Shown piece by piece: positions 14,194-26,051 of a DNA stretch of 64,000 nt. Within the stretch, counting starts at the first letter, position 1, and each line of letters starts with the position of its first letter. A model generated the notes under the pieces. That model saw only the letters and a program-made list of their open reading frames with translations. It was not told where the DNA came from and ran no database searches. This DNA is from Lama glama (taxonomy: Eukaryota), in the NCBI GenBank assembly GCA_028534125.1, contig CM052817.1, positions 74,588,001 to 74,652,000 on the forward strand, written 5' to 3'. The translations under genes and the position numbers were made by a program.

Positions 14194-14990
14194 TGTGGGT
14201 TTGTCATAAATAGCTTTTATTATGTTGAGATATGTTCCCTCTATACTCACTTTGGAAAAGAGTTTTTATCATAAATGGGTGTTGAATTTTATCGCATGCT
14301 TTTTCTGCATTAATTGAGATGATCACATGAGTTTTGGCCTTTCCTTTGTTGATGTGGTGTATCACACTGATTTGTGTATGTTGAACCATCCTTGTGTCCC
14401 TGGTATGAATCCAACTTGATCATGGTGTATGATTTTTATTATGTGCTGTTAGATTCTGTTTGCTAATATTTTGTTGAGGATTTTTGCATCTATGTTCATC
14501 AATTATATTGGCCTGTCATTTTCTTTTTTGATATTGTCTCTGTCTGGTTTTAGTATCAGGGTAATGGTGGCTTCATAGAATGAGTATGGAAGTGCTCTCT
14601 CATTTTCAGTCTTTTGGAAGAGTTTGAGAAGGATCAGTATGAGTTCTTCTTTGTATGTTTGGTAGAATTCCCCAGTGAGGCCATCTGGTTCTGGACTTTT
14701 GTTTATAGGGAGTTTTTTTTATTGCTGATTCTATTTCATTTCTAGTGATCAGTCTGTTCAAGTGGTCTGTTTCTTCTTGTTTCAGTCTTGGTGGACTGTA
14801 TGTTTCCAGAAACTTGTCCATTTCTTCTAGGTTGTCCAATTTGTTTCCATATAGTTGTTCATAGTATTCTCTTACGGTTTTTTGTATTTCTGTGCAATTG
14901 GTTGTAATTTCTCCATTTTCCTTCCTTATTTTGTTTATTTGTGTTCTCTCTTTTCTTCTTGGTGAGCCTGGCCAGAGGTTTGTCAGTTTT
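14194..14990 (-). mobile_element. ORF2: Isolated internal L1 ORF2 fragment (between endonuclease and start of RT), frameshifted
   Basis: Translations TQINKIRKENGEITT..YYEQLYGNKLDNLEEMDKFLETY and [24 protein letters not shown] are L1 ORF2p motifs. Confidence 0.95.
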
Positions 14991-15707
14991 GGCTTGGCAA
15001 AGATTTTTTGTTTAAACAGTTGTGTGTTGTTTGCCTTCTTAACCTCTTTGCAATAACTCTTTGAAAACAAAAAAAAAAAACAGCACTGTAAGTATCTGAT
15101 GTAAATAAGACATTTATAAGCAAACGTTGGAACTAAATATTAAATTCAAGTGTGAATTGATAGAAGAATGTGTTGGCATCATCCTTGGTTCTGTGAGACT
15201 TTATAAGTGCTAACTAATATTGCCCTATTTCTAAATAAGGTAGGAAATGTTTCTTAGACAATATTAAGCATGACTCAAGTTATGAGTCCACAAAGAACAT
15301 TTGACACTGAAGGCCCACAAATTAGTCTTTATCTAAACAGGTCTATATACTGAAACTAACATATCTCATTCCTCTCCTTTCATTCAAGTTCAAGATGGAT
15401 CTGGAGAGTTTTCTGAATTAACTCACCCTTCTCCTTAACCACATCACATTGTTTACTTGGTCATGAAGTTCAACTTACTTTTGGAATTGTATTCGATGAT
15501 TACAATGTTATGTGACTATATAATTGTCACTTTTACCTCAAGTGCCTGGTGTCAGGAACTCAAGTTATGTAACATGTGACCCCAAACTGCACAGTTATGT
15601 TATCTGAGGGTCTTCCAGTCATTTCATGTTGAATGTCATGATCCGTATGCATAATTCTGTTTGCTTCACCAACCCTTCAGTGCACCCAGGGCATTAAAAG
15701 AAATTTC

Positions 15708-17021
15708 GAGGGAGAGAAGCAAGATGGTGGAGTAGAAGGATGCTTGTAGCTCACCCTCTCCCACAAATACACCAAAACTCACATCTATGGACCTACTCAG
15801 CCAACCAGAGCACCTGCTGAACTCTGACAGAACATCACTCTCTTCGAAAGACAAAGATGCCAAAAATCTGGTAGGAGAAAAGGAAAAAGGAAAGAAGAAA
15901 AAGCAAAACAATGCTGGACCGATCCTGCGAGGAGGGAGTGGCAAAGGAATACTGGTGCTTGTTCGCTGGGTCTCCCTCCTCCAACGGAGAGGCCAGCGGG
16001 ATGGAAGGGGAGCCTCTGAGGCTCAGATCTGCCCCAAGCACCCCTTGACCAACAAAACTGAGTAAAACGGGCACAAAGGGTCCCCGTGACACCCAGCCAA
16101 AGGTGCGAGCCAGCAGATGGGGCCATTATGGGCTGCCCAAGCCGGGCGGAGGACTGGGGCGGCTGCACTGAGGCAGCCCCGGGGGACTGCAGGGTGCTGC
16201 ACACCGTGGCTGGGAGGGGATATGGAGCAGAACAACCTCTGTCCCCCATAAATTGTGAAAAAAGCAAAGCAACACAACTGGTGATGGGAGGGGTGCCGTA
16301 GCCTTTGTCTTCTCAGACCTGTGCCGCCATTACTGGTGCTTCTCATGAAAAGAGAGGCAGGGCGTAGGCACAGCTGCCATGTCCTCCTGTGTGCAACGCC
16401 CAGGTGGGGGCCGGCCAAGCCCTGAATCTGCACCGGGGAGCTCCTCAACCTCCTAGGCAGGACTGAGACTTGTTTACAGCCCGAGGCAGATAGGATCTTT
16501 CTGCCCTGGCACCTCAGAGAACTTGCCCCTCCAAGACAAACAAGGAGCTGAGATTTGGCACAGAGCAGGAGTGGGGCCGTTCCACAGTCTTCCCTGAGCC
16601 CACCTTTGGAGCATTGACCTGAGGCAGAGCAGGCAGCTGCACAGAACAGCAGAGCCACTGGCCCCGGGAAAGGGTGGGCTGCCACCCCCCTTCCTGGCAG
16701 GAATACAGCACTTGACCACGGTGCTGGGAGGGGGGGCACGATCCACCCATCTGCCTTCCCCCAAGCACAGCATCTGACTGTGGTATCGGGAGGGGGAGTG
16801 ACTCGCCTGCCCACCAGGTAAGAGCTCAGCTCCTGACCCAGTGTTAGGAGAGGGCGCAATATGCTAGCTGACAGCTACTGGGAGCAGCACAGACGAGGTT
16901 GCCAACAGAGGGCCTCTGGAAACAGCAAGCTGAGTTCGCAAAACAGGGCAAAGACACAAAGATCTCTCGATAAAATCATTAAGAGCACACCCTCTCCAGG
17001 AGAACTAGATAACTGATAGAT
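15708..17021 (+). promoter_or_regulatory. L1 5'UTR internal promoter
   Basis: Only long GC-rich island in the window; YY1-like caagatggtgg at 15720-15730 (CpG-decayed caagatggcgg). Confidence 0.8.
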
Positions 17022-18025
17022 ATGAGCAATATGAAGAAGCAGAGGAACCACTCCCAATTAAAAGAGCAAGAGAAGTCCCCTGAAAGCACGATCAAGGAAA
17101 TAGACATTGATGGCCTACTAGATCAAAATTTCAAAAAAGGAGTGATCAAAGTACTGAAGGAACTTAAAGAAAGTGTTTAAGATATAAAATATGTGAAAAA
17201 TGAAATAGAAGCTATAAAGAACAACCAAGTACACTGTATAGCACAGGGAAATTTACACAAAATGTTATGATAAATCACAGAGAAAAAAATGTGACAATGA
17301 GTGTGTATATGTCCATGTATGACTGAAAAATTGTACTGAACACTGGAATTTGACACAACACTGTAAAATGATTATGAATCAATAAAAAAAAAAAAAAAGA
17401 ACAACCAAGTAGAATTAGTAAACTCATTTGCTGAGATGAGAGCTGACCCAAAGGCTGTACAAAGCAGGCTAGATAATGCAGAGGAACGAAGACAGGACAA
17501 CAGAAAGCACCCAATCAGAACAGCTGAGAGAAAAACAAATAAAAAACAGTGAAAACAATATAAGGGACCTATGAGATAATATAAAGCGTGCCAATCTATG
17601 CATGATAGGGTTCCAGAAAGGGAAGAAAGAACAAAGGGGATTGAAAGCTATTTGAAGAAATCATGACTGAAAACTTCCCAAACCTAAAGAAAGAATCAGA
17701 TATCCAAGTACAGGAGGCTCAGAGGGTCCCAAACAGGAAGAACCCAAACAGACCCACACCAAGGCATATCATAATCAAGATGGCCAGAGTCAAGGATAAA
17801 GAAATGATCCTAAAGGCAGCAAGAGAAAAACAAAGAATGAGTTACAAGGGAACGCCCATAAGGCTCTCAGCTGATTTCTCTACACAAACACTACAGGCCA
17901 GAAGGGAGTGGCAAGATATATTCAAAGTCCTGAATGAAAAAAAGATGCAGCCTAGGATTCTCTACCCAGGGAGCCTATCCTTTAGAATAGGAGAGATAAA
18001 GAACTTCACAGACAAGCAAAAGTAA
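17022..18025 (+). pseudogene. ORF1: L1 ORF1p, disrupted by stops, frameshifts and a nested insertion
   Basis: MSNMKKQRNHSQLKEQEKSPE.. start; ENFPNL..VQEAQRVP..PTPRHIIIKM..KGTPIRLSADFS..ARREWQDIF..PRILYP motifs; ends early at KQK*. Confidence 0.93.
17232..17395 (+). mobile_element. 5'-truncated L1 3' tail nested inside ORF1
   Basis: L1 3'UTR terminus plus pure A tail; perfect 16-bp TSD aaagaacaaccaagta (17216-17231 / 17396-17411). Confidence 0.95.
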
Positions 18026-18058
18026 ATCATTAAGAGTGGGAGAGGGAAGCAAGGAAAG

Positions 18059-18427
18059 CCACTGTGGAAAACAGTATGGAGATTCCTCAAAAGACTAGGA
18101 ATAGACTTACCGTATGACCCAGGAAACCTGCTCCTGGGCATAAATCCAGAAGGAGCCCTACTTCAAAATGACACCTGCACCCCAGTGTTCATAGCAGCAC
18201 TATTTCCAATAGCCAAGACATGGAAGCAGCCTAGATGTCCATCAACAGATGACTGAATAAAGAAGTGGTGGTATATTTATACAATGGAATACTATTCAGC
18301 CACAAAACCCGAGAACATAACGCCATTTGCAGCATCATGGATGTTCTTGGAGAATGTCATTCTAAGTGAAGTTAGCCAAAAAGAGAAAGAAAAATACCAT
18401 ATGAGATCGCTTATATGAGGAATCTAA
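18059..18427 (+). pseudogene. ORF2: L1 ORF2 C-terminal remnant
   Basis: [38 protein letters not shown]; collinear with the copy at 34176-34544. Confidence 0.9.
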
Positions 18428-21400
18428 AAAAAACCAAACAAACAAAACATAAATACAAAACAGAAACAGTCTCATAGACATAGAATACAAACTTGTGGTT
18501 GCCAAGGAGGCAGGGGGTGGGAAGGGACAGACTGGGATTTTAAAATGTAGGACAGATAAACAAGATTATACTCTATAGCACAGGGGAAAATATACAAGAT
18601 CTTGTGGTAGCTCATAGCGAAAAAAAATGTGACAATGAATATATACATGTTCCTGTATGACTGAAAAATTGTGCTCTACACTAGAATTTGGCACAACATT
18701 GTAAAATAACTATTACTCAATAAAAAAATGTAAAAAAAATTTCATTTCTGCCAAGATGATTTTTTAATCTGATAAATGGATAGGTATCTTATGAATACAT
18801 TCAAAATTAAAAATCTGTAGAGTTATAATTTTACTTTAGATAATCAGAGGGCTAAATACCTTTAAAAGTCAGAAGGAAATCAAATTAAAATAAAGAACTA
18901 GACTTGTAAAAGATGGAAAACTTGCCAGCCTATCAGCCTTAGTAAACACCTCTTGATTCATGCATTCATTATGAATTTTTATAGGTGTTAAGTATGACAC
19001 TACCACTAAAATGTATGTTTAAGAAAATCATAAAAACAAGTAATATAAGTATTATATAAAAACATGACATACAGCTGTGTATATGTGTATAGACTTATTT
19101 AAATTATATTCAGAAAAATACCCTCTGCATAGATAAATAACTGGAAAAAATAGCCAAAAGTTACAAGTGATTCTCATGGTTGGTGTGGTCTGTATTTATT
19201 ATTATTCATTTTACTTTCTTTTATCTTTTAAATTTTAAAAAATATATAATATAGAATATCAATTATATAACATACTGAAATACATAAATATTATAGTATT
19301 TATGGTATATATTATAGTAAATGTGTATAATTAAATATCTATTATCTTTAGTCAAATAAAAATGTGTTCAGTGTAACAAAATATTTCTTAAATATTCTGA
19401 ATTATAAACTGTAACTTTTATGCTATTATTCAAAATGGTATTATCATTATTCCTTAAATGTAAATGAAAATTATTATTGTACAGAAGTCACTTAGATTTC
19501 CCAGAGCTGCACAAAAGGCATCATTTGATGGTCTGGTATGAAGTAATAATTTTATTAATACTTATAAAATATATAATATTTCTTTGGATTTTGGTTACAA
19601 ATTTATGAAAATGTTCCAAAATATCCAGAAAAGATGTTTAAATGGGTAAATATATATATATATCTACATAATTGTCAATATAACACATTAAACTGAATAT
19701 TATAACTGTTAATGTAGAATCAAGGCTGAGGTGCTTTAGGCAATATGAGTAAGAAATTTGGAAAGATACAGATACATACAAAGTAAAAAAAAAACAGTTA
19801 TGCAAAAATTCTCAAAGAGAAATTCACCTATTACGTAGAAATGTTATATATTTTACCGAAATGAGTATTTCAAATACATTACTAGGTGAAAGTGGTTAAT
19901 TTTATATTTGAATTCTTTCCTTAATAGATGATTTTGGTATTGCATCACAAGAAGATTTTGGTGAGGTTTTATTTTACCTAAATCTGTTGTATCATATCAT
20001 GATGTTACACATACATGTCATTTTATAATATATGGATGATTTTGGCTTTAAATAATCATGAGCTAGGTAACCATGTTCTAGTTTTTGGAAACTTTACTTT
20101 AGGGAGGAAGAAAGAAAGGCTGCTTTGTGTTTTCAGTTGTTAATTTACTTTGGCTTTTCGAAGGAAAGAGAAAACTTCAACTTAATATTGCCATCAATCT
20201 TTCTTGACCAGCCTTACCGTGTGCTGTATCCATTTAATTTTATTACCTAGCAAAAGTGTTCAGCATTGTCAGTCAGCCCATCAGTATAATATGGAGGAAG
20301 CAAAGCATGTCATTTTTAGGGCTTTTCCTTTCTAGTATGGTTTCAGTTCGTTTAAACCTTTTATTCACTCACAAAAATGTAATAAATGAGCCAGATTTTC
20401 ACAGTCTTTACTGGAATTGGCCCACGGGGCCTAAAAGGTTAAGTTGAACAGGGGAAAATGGAATTTAGTATTATGTGTGCTATTTTAAGCCCTTGAACTG
20501 AATATGTAATATGAACTTCACGAAGTTAAAGAATGATTTGTAGAATTAAAGAAGGGGGGAAAGGTCCTGGTACGAAAAAAGAATGAAGTCTACAGAGAAA
20601 GGAGTGCCTAGATTAAATTGAGAAGGGAGGCGAAGGCATAGAATTGGTTTGGTGTTAGTGAAATAACTTAACAGGTGCCATAATAATCAAGACTTTTAGG
20701 AGACTGGAAGAAAGAAAGCAGATCAGTGACTAAGGTTAATAGAAAGGCCGCTCATGGGGAAAAAAAAGAAAAAGGCAGTATTTCGTGGACTTCATAAAGA
20801 TAAAGAAAAAATATTGAAAGTTTAGAATACTGAAGTTAAATTTCTTAATTTTTATTTTTTTAAAGAAGTGTTAAAATTACTGTTCACTTAAGTTACCTAG
20901 AAATATAATTTTATCACCAAAGAAGTGAACATAATGGACCTCAGAGTTTCTTTATTTTAAAGACTTTTTCACCAGATGTAAGTCCTATAGAGTCTGTATC
21001 ATAACACAGTAAGTGGAAGAACAGAAGCTGAAGCAGCCCTACAAGCTGAGCTCCTCATTTAAGGCTTAAAAATAACATTTTTGTTCTTGTTTTGTAACTG
21101 TTGTTTGCCCCACAGTACTCTAGCGTATTTAGATTCAAAATATAGAAACATTTTTAAGGACTATTCATGAGGTTTAATAATAATCTACTTCCCTTATTAT
21201 TTATCTTTGTGACACCTACGAATTTTTCTCTACATTATTTCTTTTCATGGAGAGAAGGACTAGGAAGGTCACTTCACTCTATTGAACAGATGGATGAGAA
21301 TAATTGAGCAATACTGAAGGCTTTCCCTACTGGCTAACCTAACAAAATAGATTTAATATTTCTGTAGGGCTGGAAGGGTATCATGTCATTTTATTACTTT

Positions 21401-22109
21401 GGCTTCTGGAAACTAAACTTTTCAATTTTTAAAGGAAGAAGTCAGAGTAGATACTGGGGGAAAAAAGTATTGAAAGAAGACAAAGCATGTTCCCTGTTCT
21501 CCTGTGGGCCCTCAATGAAGATATGTTATTTCTTGGGTCCTAATGGATTCAGTTTTATTTGATGCCATCAAATTACGTTTCAGTAATTTTAGTGGGATTC
21601 TGGCATATAGGATTTAGAAATGTAAACTAGATGAGCTAACGAGGAATTAAGCCACTGACTTAATAAATTACCACAAGGAATTCATGTAACTCCTCAGGGT
21701 CACAGTTTCCTAAGACAATTATTTCCCTATTAGGCAGAGAAATAAAAAGCACAGGATATTTTTTTGAGCACTCATGTCTTTTCTTTAATCAGAAGTCTCT
21801 TCTGAAAGTTAGGCTTGTCTTACAGAGTTATCCCTGGAGCAGACTGACTCAGAGGGCAGCATGACTTAAAGTCTTGCTACTCTGAATAAATCATTCTGTC
21901 TTATATGTAATACTAAGGTCATGATTTTTAAACACTTACGGCTTTCCTTGAGCCCCATGTGTTCAACAAGACATACTTTAGGAAGAATTAAAATCAATGT
22001 ATTATGTTAAAAAGAGTTATAAAACATGTTGTAAACTTCTTCCATATTGCTCTGACGTGTTTCACACTTTAAATTTTGAAGAAACTTAAATTTCTCACTG
22101 TTAACAGGC

Positions 22110-22230
22110 GTAGTGGTAAAGCTCGGTAGTAACAGACAAGGGTTCTGGACTTGTGTGATCTTGGTTTAGTGAGTTCCTCTGGGGGTCAGTTTCCTGTGTG
22201 GTAAAATGAGGAAATTTTAGTAGTTGATAC
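22110..22230 (+). mobile_element. MIR relic
   Basis: tgtgtgatcttgg..cctctgggggtcagtttcctgtgtggtaaaatgagg. Confidence 0.55.
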
Positions 22231-22299
22231 ATAAGGTCTTTTATAGATCTATACACCTAAAATTCAAGATTTTTATATAAAATTTTTAAAATGTTAATA

Positions 22300-22425
22300 C
22301 ACTTTTTATTTTAGAATATGTATTTAAAGAAAAGTTGTGAAGAGATTACTATTACCTTTGTTAGTAACATTGCATATTAGTATGGTACATTTGTCACAAC
22401 AGATGAACCAGCTGGTACATAATTA
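22300..22425 (-). mobile_element. Old L1MC-like 3' end fragment
   Basis: attagtatggtacatttgtcacaacagatgaacca motif. Confidence 0.6.
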
Positions 22426-22625
22426 TTTTTTTTAACATTTTTTATTGATTTATAATCATTTTACAATGTTGTGTCAAATTCCAGTGTTCAGCACAATTTT
22501 TCAGTCATTCATGGATATATACACACTCATTGTCACATTTTTTTCTCTGTGATTTATCATAACATTTTGTGTATATTTCCCTGTGCTATACAGTGTAATC
22601 TTGTTTATCTATTCTACAATTTTGA
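22426..22625 (-). mobile_element. Young L1 3' end running into the gap
   Basis: T tract plus reverse complement of the same 3'UTR variant seen at 17232-17395. Confidence 0.93.
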
Positions 22626-23125
22626 NNNNNNNNNNNNNNNNNNNNNNNNNNNNNNNNNNNNNNNNNNNNNNNNNNNNNNNNNNNNNNNNNNNNNNNNNNN
22701 NNNNNNNNNNNNNNNNNNNNNNNNNNNNNNNNNNNNNNNNNNNNNNNNNNNNNNNNNNNNNNNNNNNNNNNNNNNNNNNNNNNNNNNNNNNNNNNNNNNN
22801 NNNNNNNNNNNNNNNNNNNNNNNNNNNNNNNNNNNNNNNNNNNNNNNNNNNNNNNNNNNNNNNNNNNNNNNNNNNNNNNNNNNNNNNNNNNNNNNNNNNN
22901 NNNNNNNNNNNNNNNNNNNNNNNNNNNNNNNNNNNNNNNNNNNNNNNNNNNNNNNNNNNNNNNNNNNNNNNNNNNNNNNNNNNNNNNNNNNNNNNNNNNN
23001 NNNNNNNNNNNNNNNNNNNNNNNNNNNNNNNNNNNNNNNNNNNNNNNNNNNNNNNNNNNNNNNNNNNNNNNNNNNNNNNNNNNNNNNNNNNNNNNNNNNN
23101 NNNNNNNNNNNNNNNNNNNNNNNNN
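22626..23125. other. Assembly gap (500 N)
   Basis: Run of N. Confidence 1.
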
Positions 23126-23370
23126 TCAAGGTATATTTTAATTTCAGCTTTGATTTCCTCATTGATCCATTGTTTTTTCAATAAACATATTGTTTAATCT
23201 CCATACTTTCCTTTTTTTCCTCCATTGTTTTTTCAATAAACATATTGTTTAATCTCCATGCTTTCCTTTTTTTCCTCCTTTGTTTCACTGTTGTTGATTT
23301 CCAGTTTCATGGCATTGTGGTCAGTAAAGATGCTTGAGATAATTTCTATCTTCTTAAAATTGTTGAGGTT
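23126..23370 (-). mobile_element. ORF2: L1 ORF2 fragment at the end of the endonuclease domain
   Basis: Reverse translation gives KKIEIISSIFTDHNAMKLEIN (SDH-loop equivalent) and QWINEEIKAEIKIYL. Confidence 0.9.
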
Positions 23371-26028
23371 TGACAGCAGTCTTAAGTATAGCTTAGTCAA
23401 CAGCTTCTTAGATTCATCTTTCTAGCTTTCCATTTTCAACTTCTGCCTTTCTCTTGATTATTTATTGCTGTCTAGTAAATTAGGATTGAATATTAACATG
23501 CAAAACACAAATGAGGAACAGCAGCCAGACCTGCTGAGTACAGAAATCAAATAGGAGGAGTTCTAGACAGCATTTCCCAAACGAAGCTTAGAAACTTCTG
23601 TGCCACACCCAGCTAGGTTATGGGAGTGGGGGAAATGTTGAAATAGGTGTACCTAGGACTATCGTGAGTAGAAACAGGCTAAGGAGGTTGACAGAGAAAA
23701 GAGCAGAAAAGGAGAGCTAGGTATCTATGTTATATAAGAGTCACTAGAAAGGGCTTGTGACAAGGGAAATCAAGTATATTATCATCACCTCCAGATTAAG
23801 CATGATTACTTAGTCTTCTTTCTGTCCTCCCATCCCCAACTAAACACATATAAAAATACAGTCAGTATCTGCCTATTTAAGTTATACAATGATAAGTGAA
23901 AAGGAAGAAAGTTATGTCAGGGATATAATTTATATGATTTCAAAGCAAAAGTTTCAAAGCCTTCAGCTTGCAGTATCTAACCTTCTCTCTATTCAGCGTT
24001 ATAAATAATGTCAAGCTCCCTGCCCTGGGGGGAAAGCGAGATTGTGTTTACATTATTTAATCTTAAGAATGCTCATTATTTTGCATAAATTTTAGTTCAA
24101 ATGAATGCTGATTAAATATTTAGATGATTGTTATACTTGGTACTAACCTGCATGGCTTCCTGCATTCCAAGAGTTCTCAGACTTGTAGAGTGGTTTCTGA
24201 AGCAAAAGAACAGCTGGGTTTAAAGTTCTCAAATAAATTCAGTGATAATTTGTATCCAAGAACACAAAATATTAGTAAAGTGTTTGGCCCCCTTACTTAA
24301 AAACATCACATGGCACCCTTCAAAGAGATTTGTGTGAGAAAGCTGAGAGGGTTATTGTGTCAAAGATGATAAGTAAAGGATTGAAAAGTTTTAACTTTTA
24401 CTTCTGTCCACGTCTTTGTGTTATCCTTTTCTACTAGCAAATGTAGATCTCAGTGAAGTATCATCTAACAAAGTTATATATTGGCAACAAGTTCAGTTGT
24501 TACTCTGCAAAGTAGTTAATTAAAAAGTAGGTTGCTTTATTTTGATAATATTTTCTTAATTCATATTACTAATGCCTGTACAACTATGAACTGTTGAATA
24601 ATGAGCCTAAATATTGAAGGTGTTTACCTTGATTAAAAAATAATGGTCTGAGGGAAGGATAGTAAAGAAAGCAATTCAGGAGACAGCCAGCCAAACACAT
24701 ATTTAAATACATAGTCACTGACTATTTTTTTACTCCAGTTTTTCATTCAAGTTACTTTTCATTGTATTCAGTGACACTGCAATTTTTCTAGCAGACTAGA
24801 TTTTTCATACTTTAGATATTTCTCAAGTATAGATTCGGATGGCTGCTTCAGATTTTAAAAACGTTGGGAGTTGTCATTGGCCCCCTCTGGGTATATGTAG
24901 CCCATAACAAGTGGTTCATTCACGAATAAGTTGGAAAATGTATCTATAACTACATCTTGAAAAGGATATGTAAAAGGATATATATATATAATTAGATATA
25001 GATGATAAATTATAGCAAGAAAATATAAAAACTATTCAGCTAACCAAAATAAACATAAAAACATTTGTATAGCTGTGTTAAAATTAAAAAGTGTCACTAC
25101 TGCCTTGCCCAGACTGTCACTTTACTCTCTTCAGTGCATCTAAAGGAGATAAGTGAGAACGTGCTTCGTGCAGCCACTCCAATGAAGAAAAACAAGCTTA
25201 GTAAGCATCTTAGTGATGACAGGTGGTCAAAAGCCTGCTGAATTAGGACACCCAGCTGCTCAGTGGCAGTGGTGGAAGCATCACAGACAATGCTGGACAT
25301 TTCACATGGAACGTGTTCTGTTAATAGGGATATCCCAGGAAATTATATGCTGCTGACTTTAAAGAGAAAGGAAGTAAGTTGGTAGGGACATAATTCTGTC
25401 TCTTCCTCCTCTCTGTGCTTTTCTCTCCTCCTCTCCTCTTCTCACAGAGGATAAATGAAAATTAGACGGCAGCTGGACTAACTTGGAGAAAGAGACCTAG
25501 GTAAGCAACAAAACTGGCTGATTTCCACACCGCTCCTGAACGCTCCCAGCCATTTTCCAGAGTGCGAGGCCTGTTTCTCTGGCAAGTTGGCTGAACTATC
25601 TGGTCCGTTATGTTAGTGATCTTTTTCCTGCTCTGAGTCCCTCTCTGACTTCCCCTTGTGAGTCCTTTTACACTCTTTTCTTCTTTCTTTTCCACACAGC
25701 TAAAGATGAAAAACCAGCTGATTCACAAGGTCTACCTTTTCCCGGTTAAATAAACTTCCTTTCAGCAAACTTACTCATAACTAATGTGGATACAGAGGTT
25801 ATCAGTAAGGTTAAATTGATAAAAATTCACTTGTGGGTATAAAGGTCCACCCTTGCCATCCAAGAGACACATTATTTCCACTCACCTCCTGTTTCTTCCA
25901 CTTCCTTAGTTAACAAGAGACCATCAAAGCCACATGCTTTCATCGCCTGCTGGCCTCTCTTACTCTTGGTAGTGCTCTCTGGTTGCAGAAGGCTCTGAAG
26001 TCTATGATGAACTCATGACGGGTGAGGA

Positions 26029-26051
26029 GTGGTGGTGGTGGTGGTGGTGGT
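26029..26051. repeat. (GGT)n microsatellite
   Basis: About 7 GGT units. Confidence 0.9.

Larger units (their letters stand above)
15708..18731 (+). mobile_element. L1 derivative: 5'UTR + ORF1 + last ~120 codons of ORF2 + 3'UTR/polyA, lacking EN and RT
   Basis: Starts gagggagagaagcaagatggtgg; GC-rich ~1.3-kb 5'UTR; ORF1; jumps to ORF2 C-terminus at 18059; aataaa and A tail; TSD aaaagaaatttc (15696-15707) / aaaaaaaatttc (18732-18743) at a tt/aaaa site. Confidence 0.93.

Noticed and set aside
14194..15080. 5'-inverted (twin-primed) L1 using the A run at 15063-15080 as its tail
   Set aside because: No sense L1 3' segment and no TSD between the left flank and the sequence after the A run.
16023..16859. 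278-aa minus-strand ORF and overlapping ORFs at 15666-17057
   Set aside because: They lie in the GC-rich L1 5'UTR where stop codons are scarce; no recognisable domain.
20212..20275. 29-nt minus-strand microexon (ttttgctag..cacg|gtaagg); also an 8-nt + strand one near 28999
   Set aside because: Not frame-preserving and too short to distinguish from chance without RNA data.
22471..23197. Long ORFs across the first gap (likewise 61485-62222)
   Set aside because: Artefacts of translating N runs.
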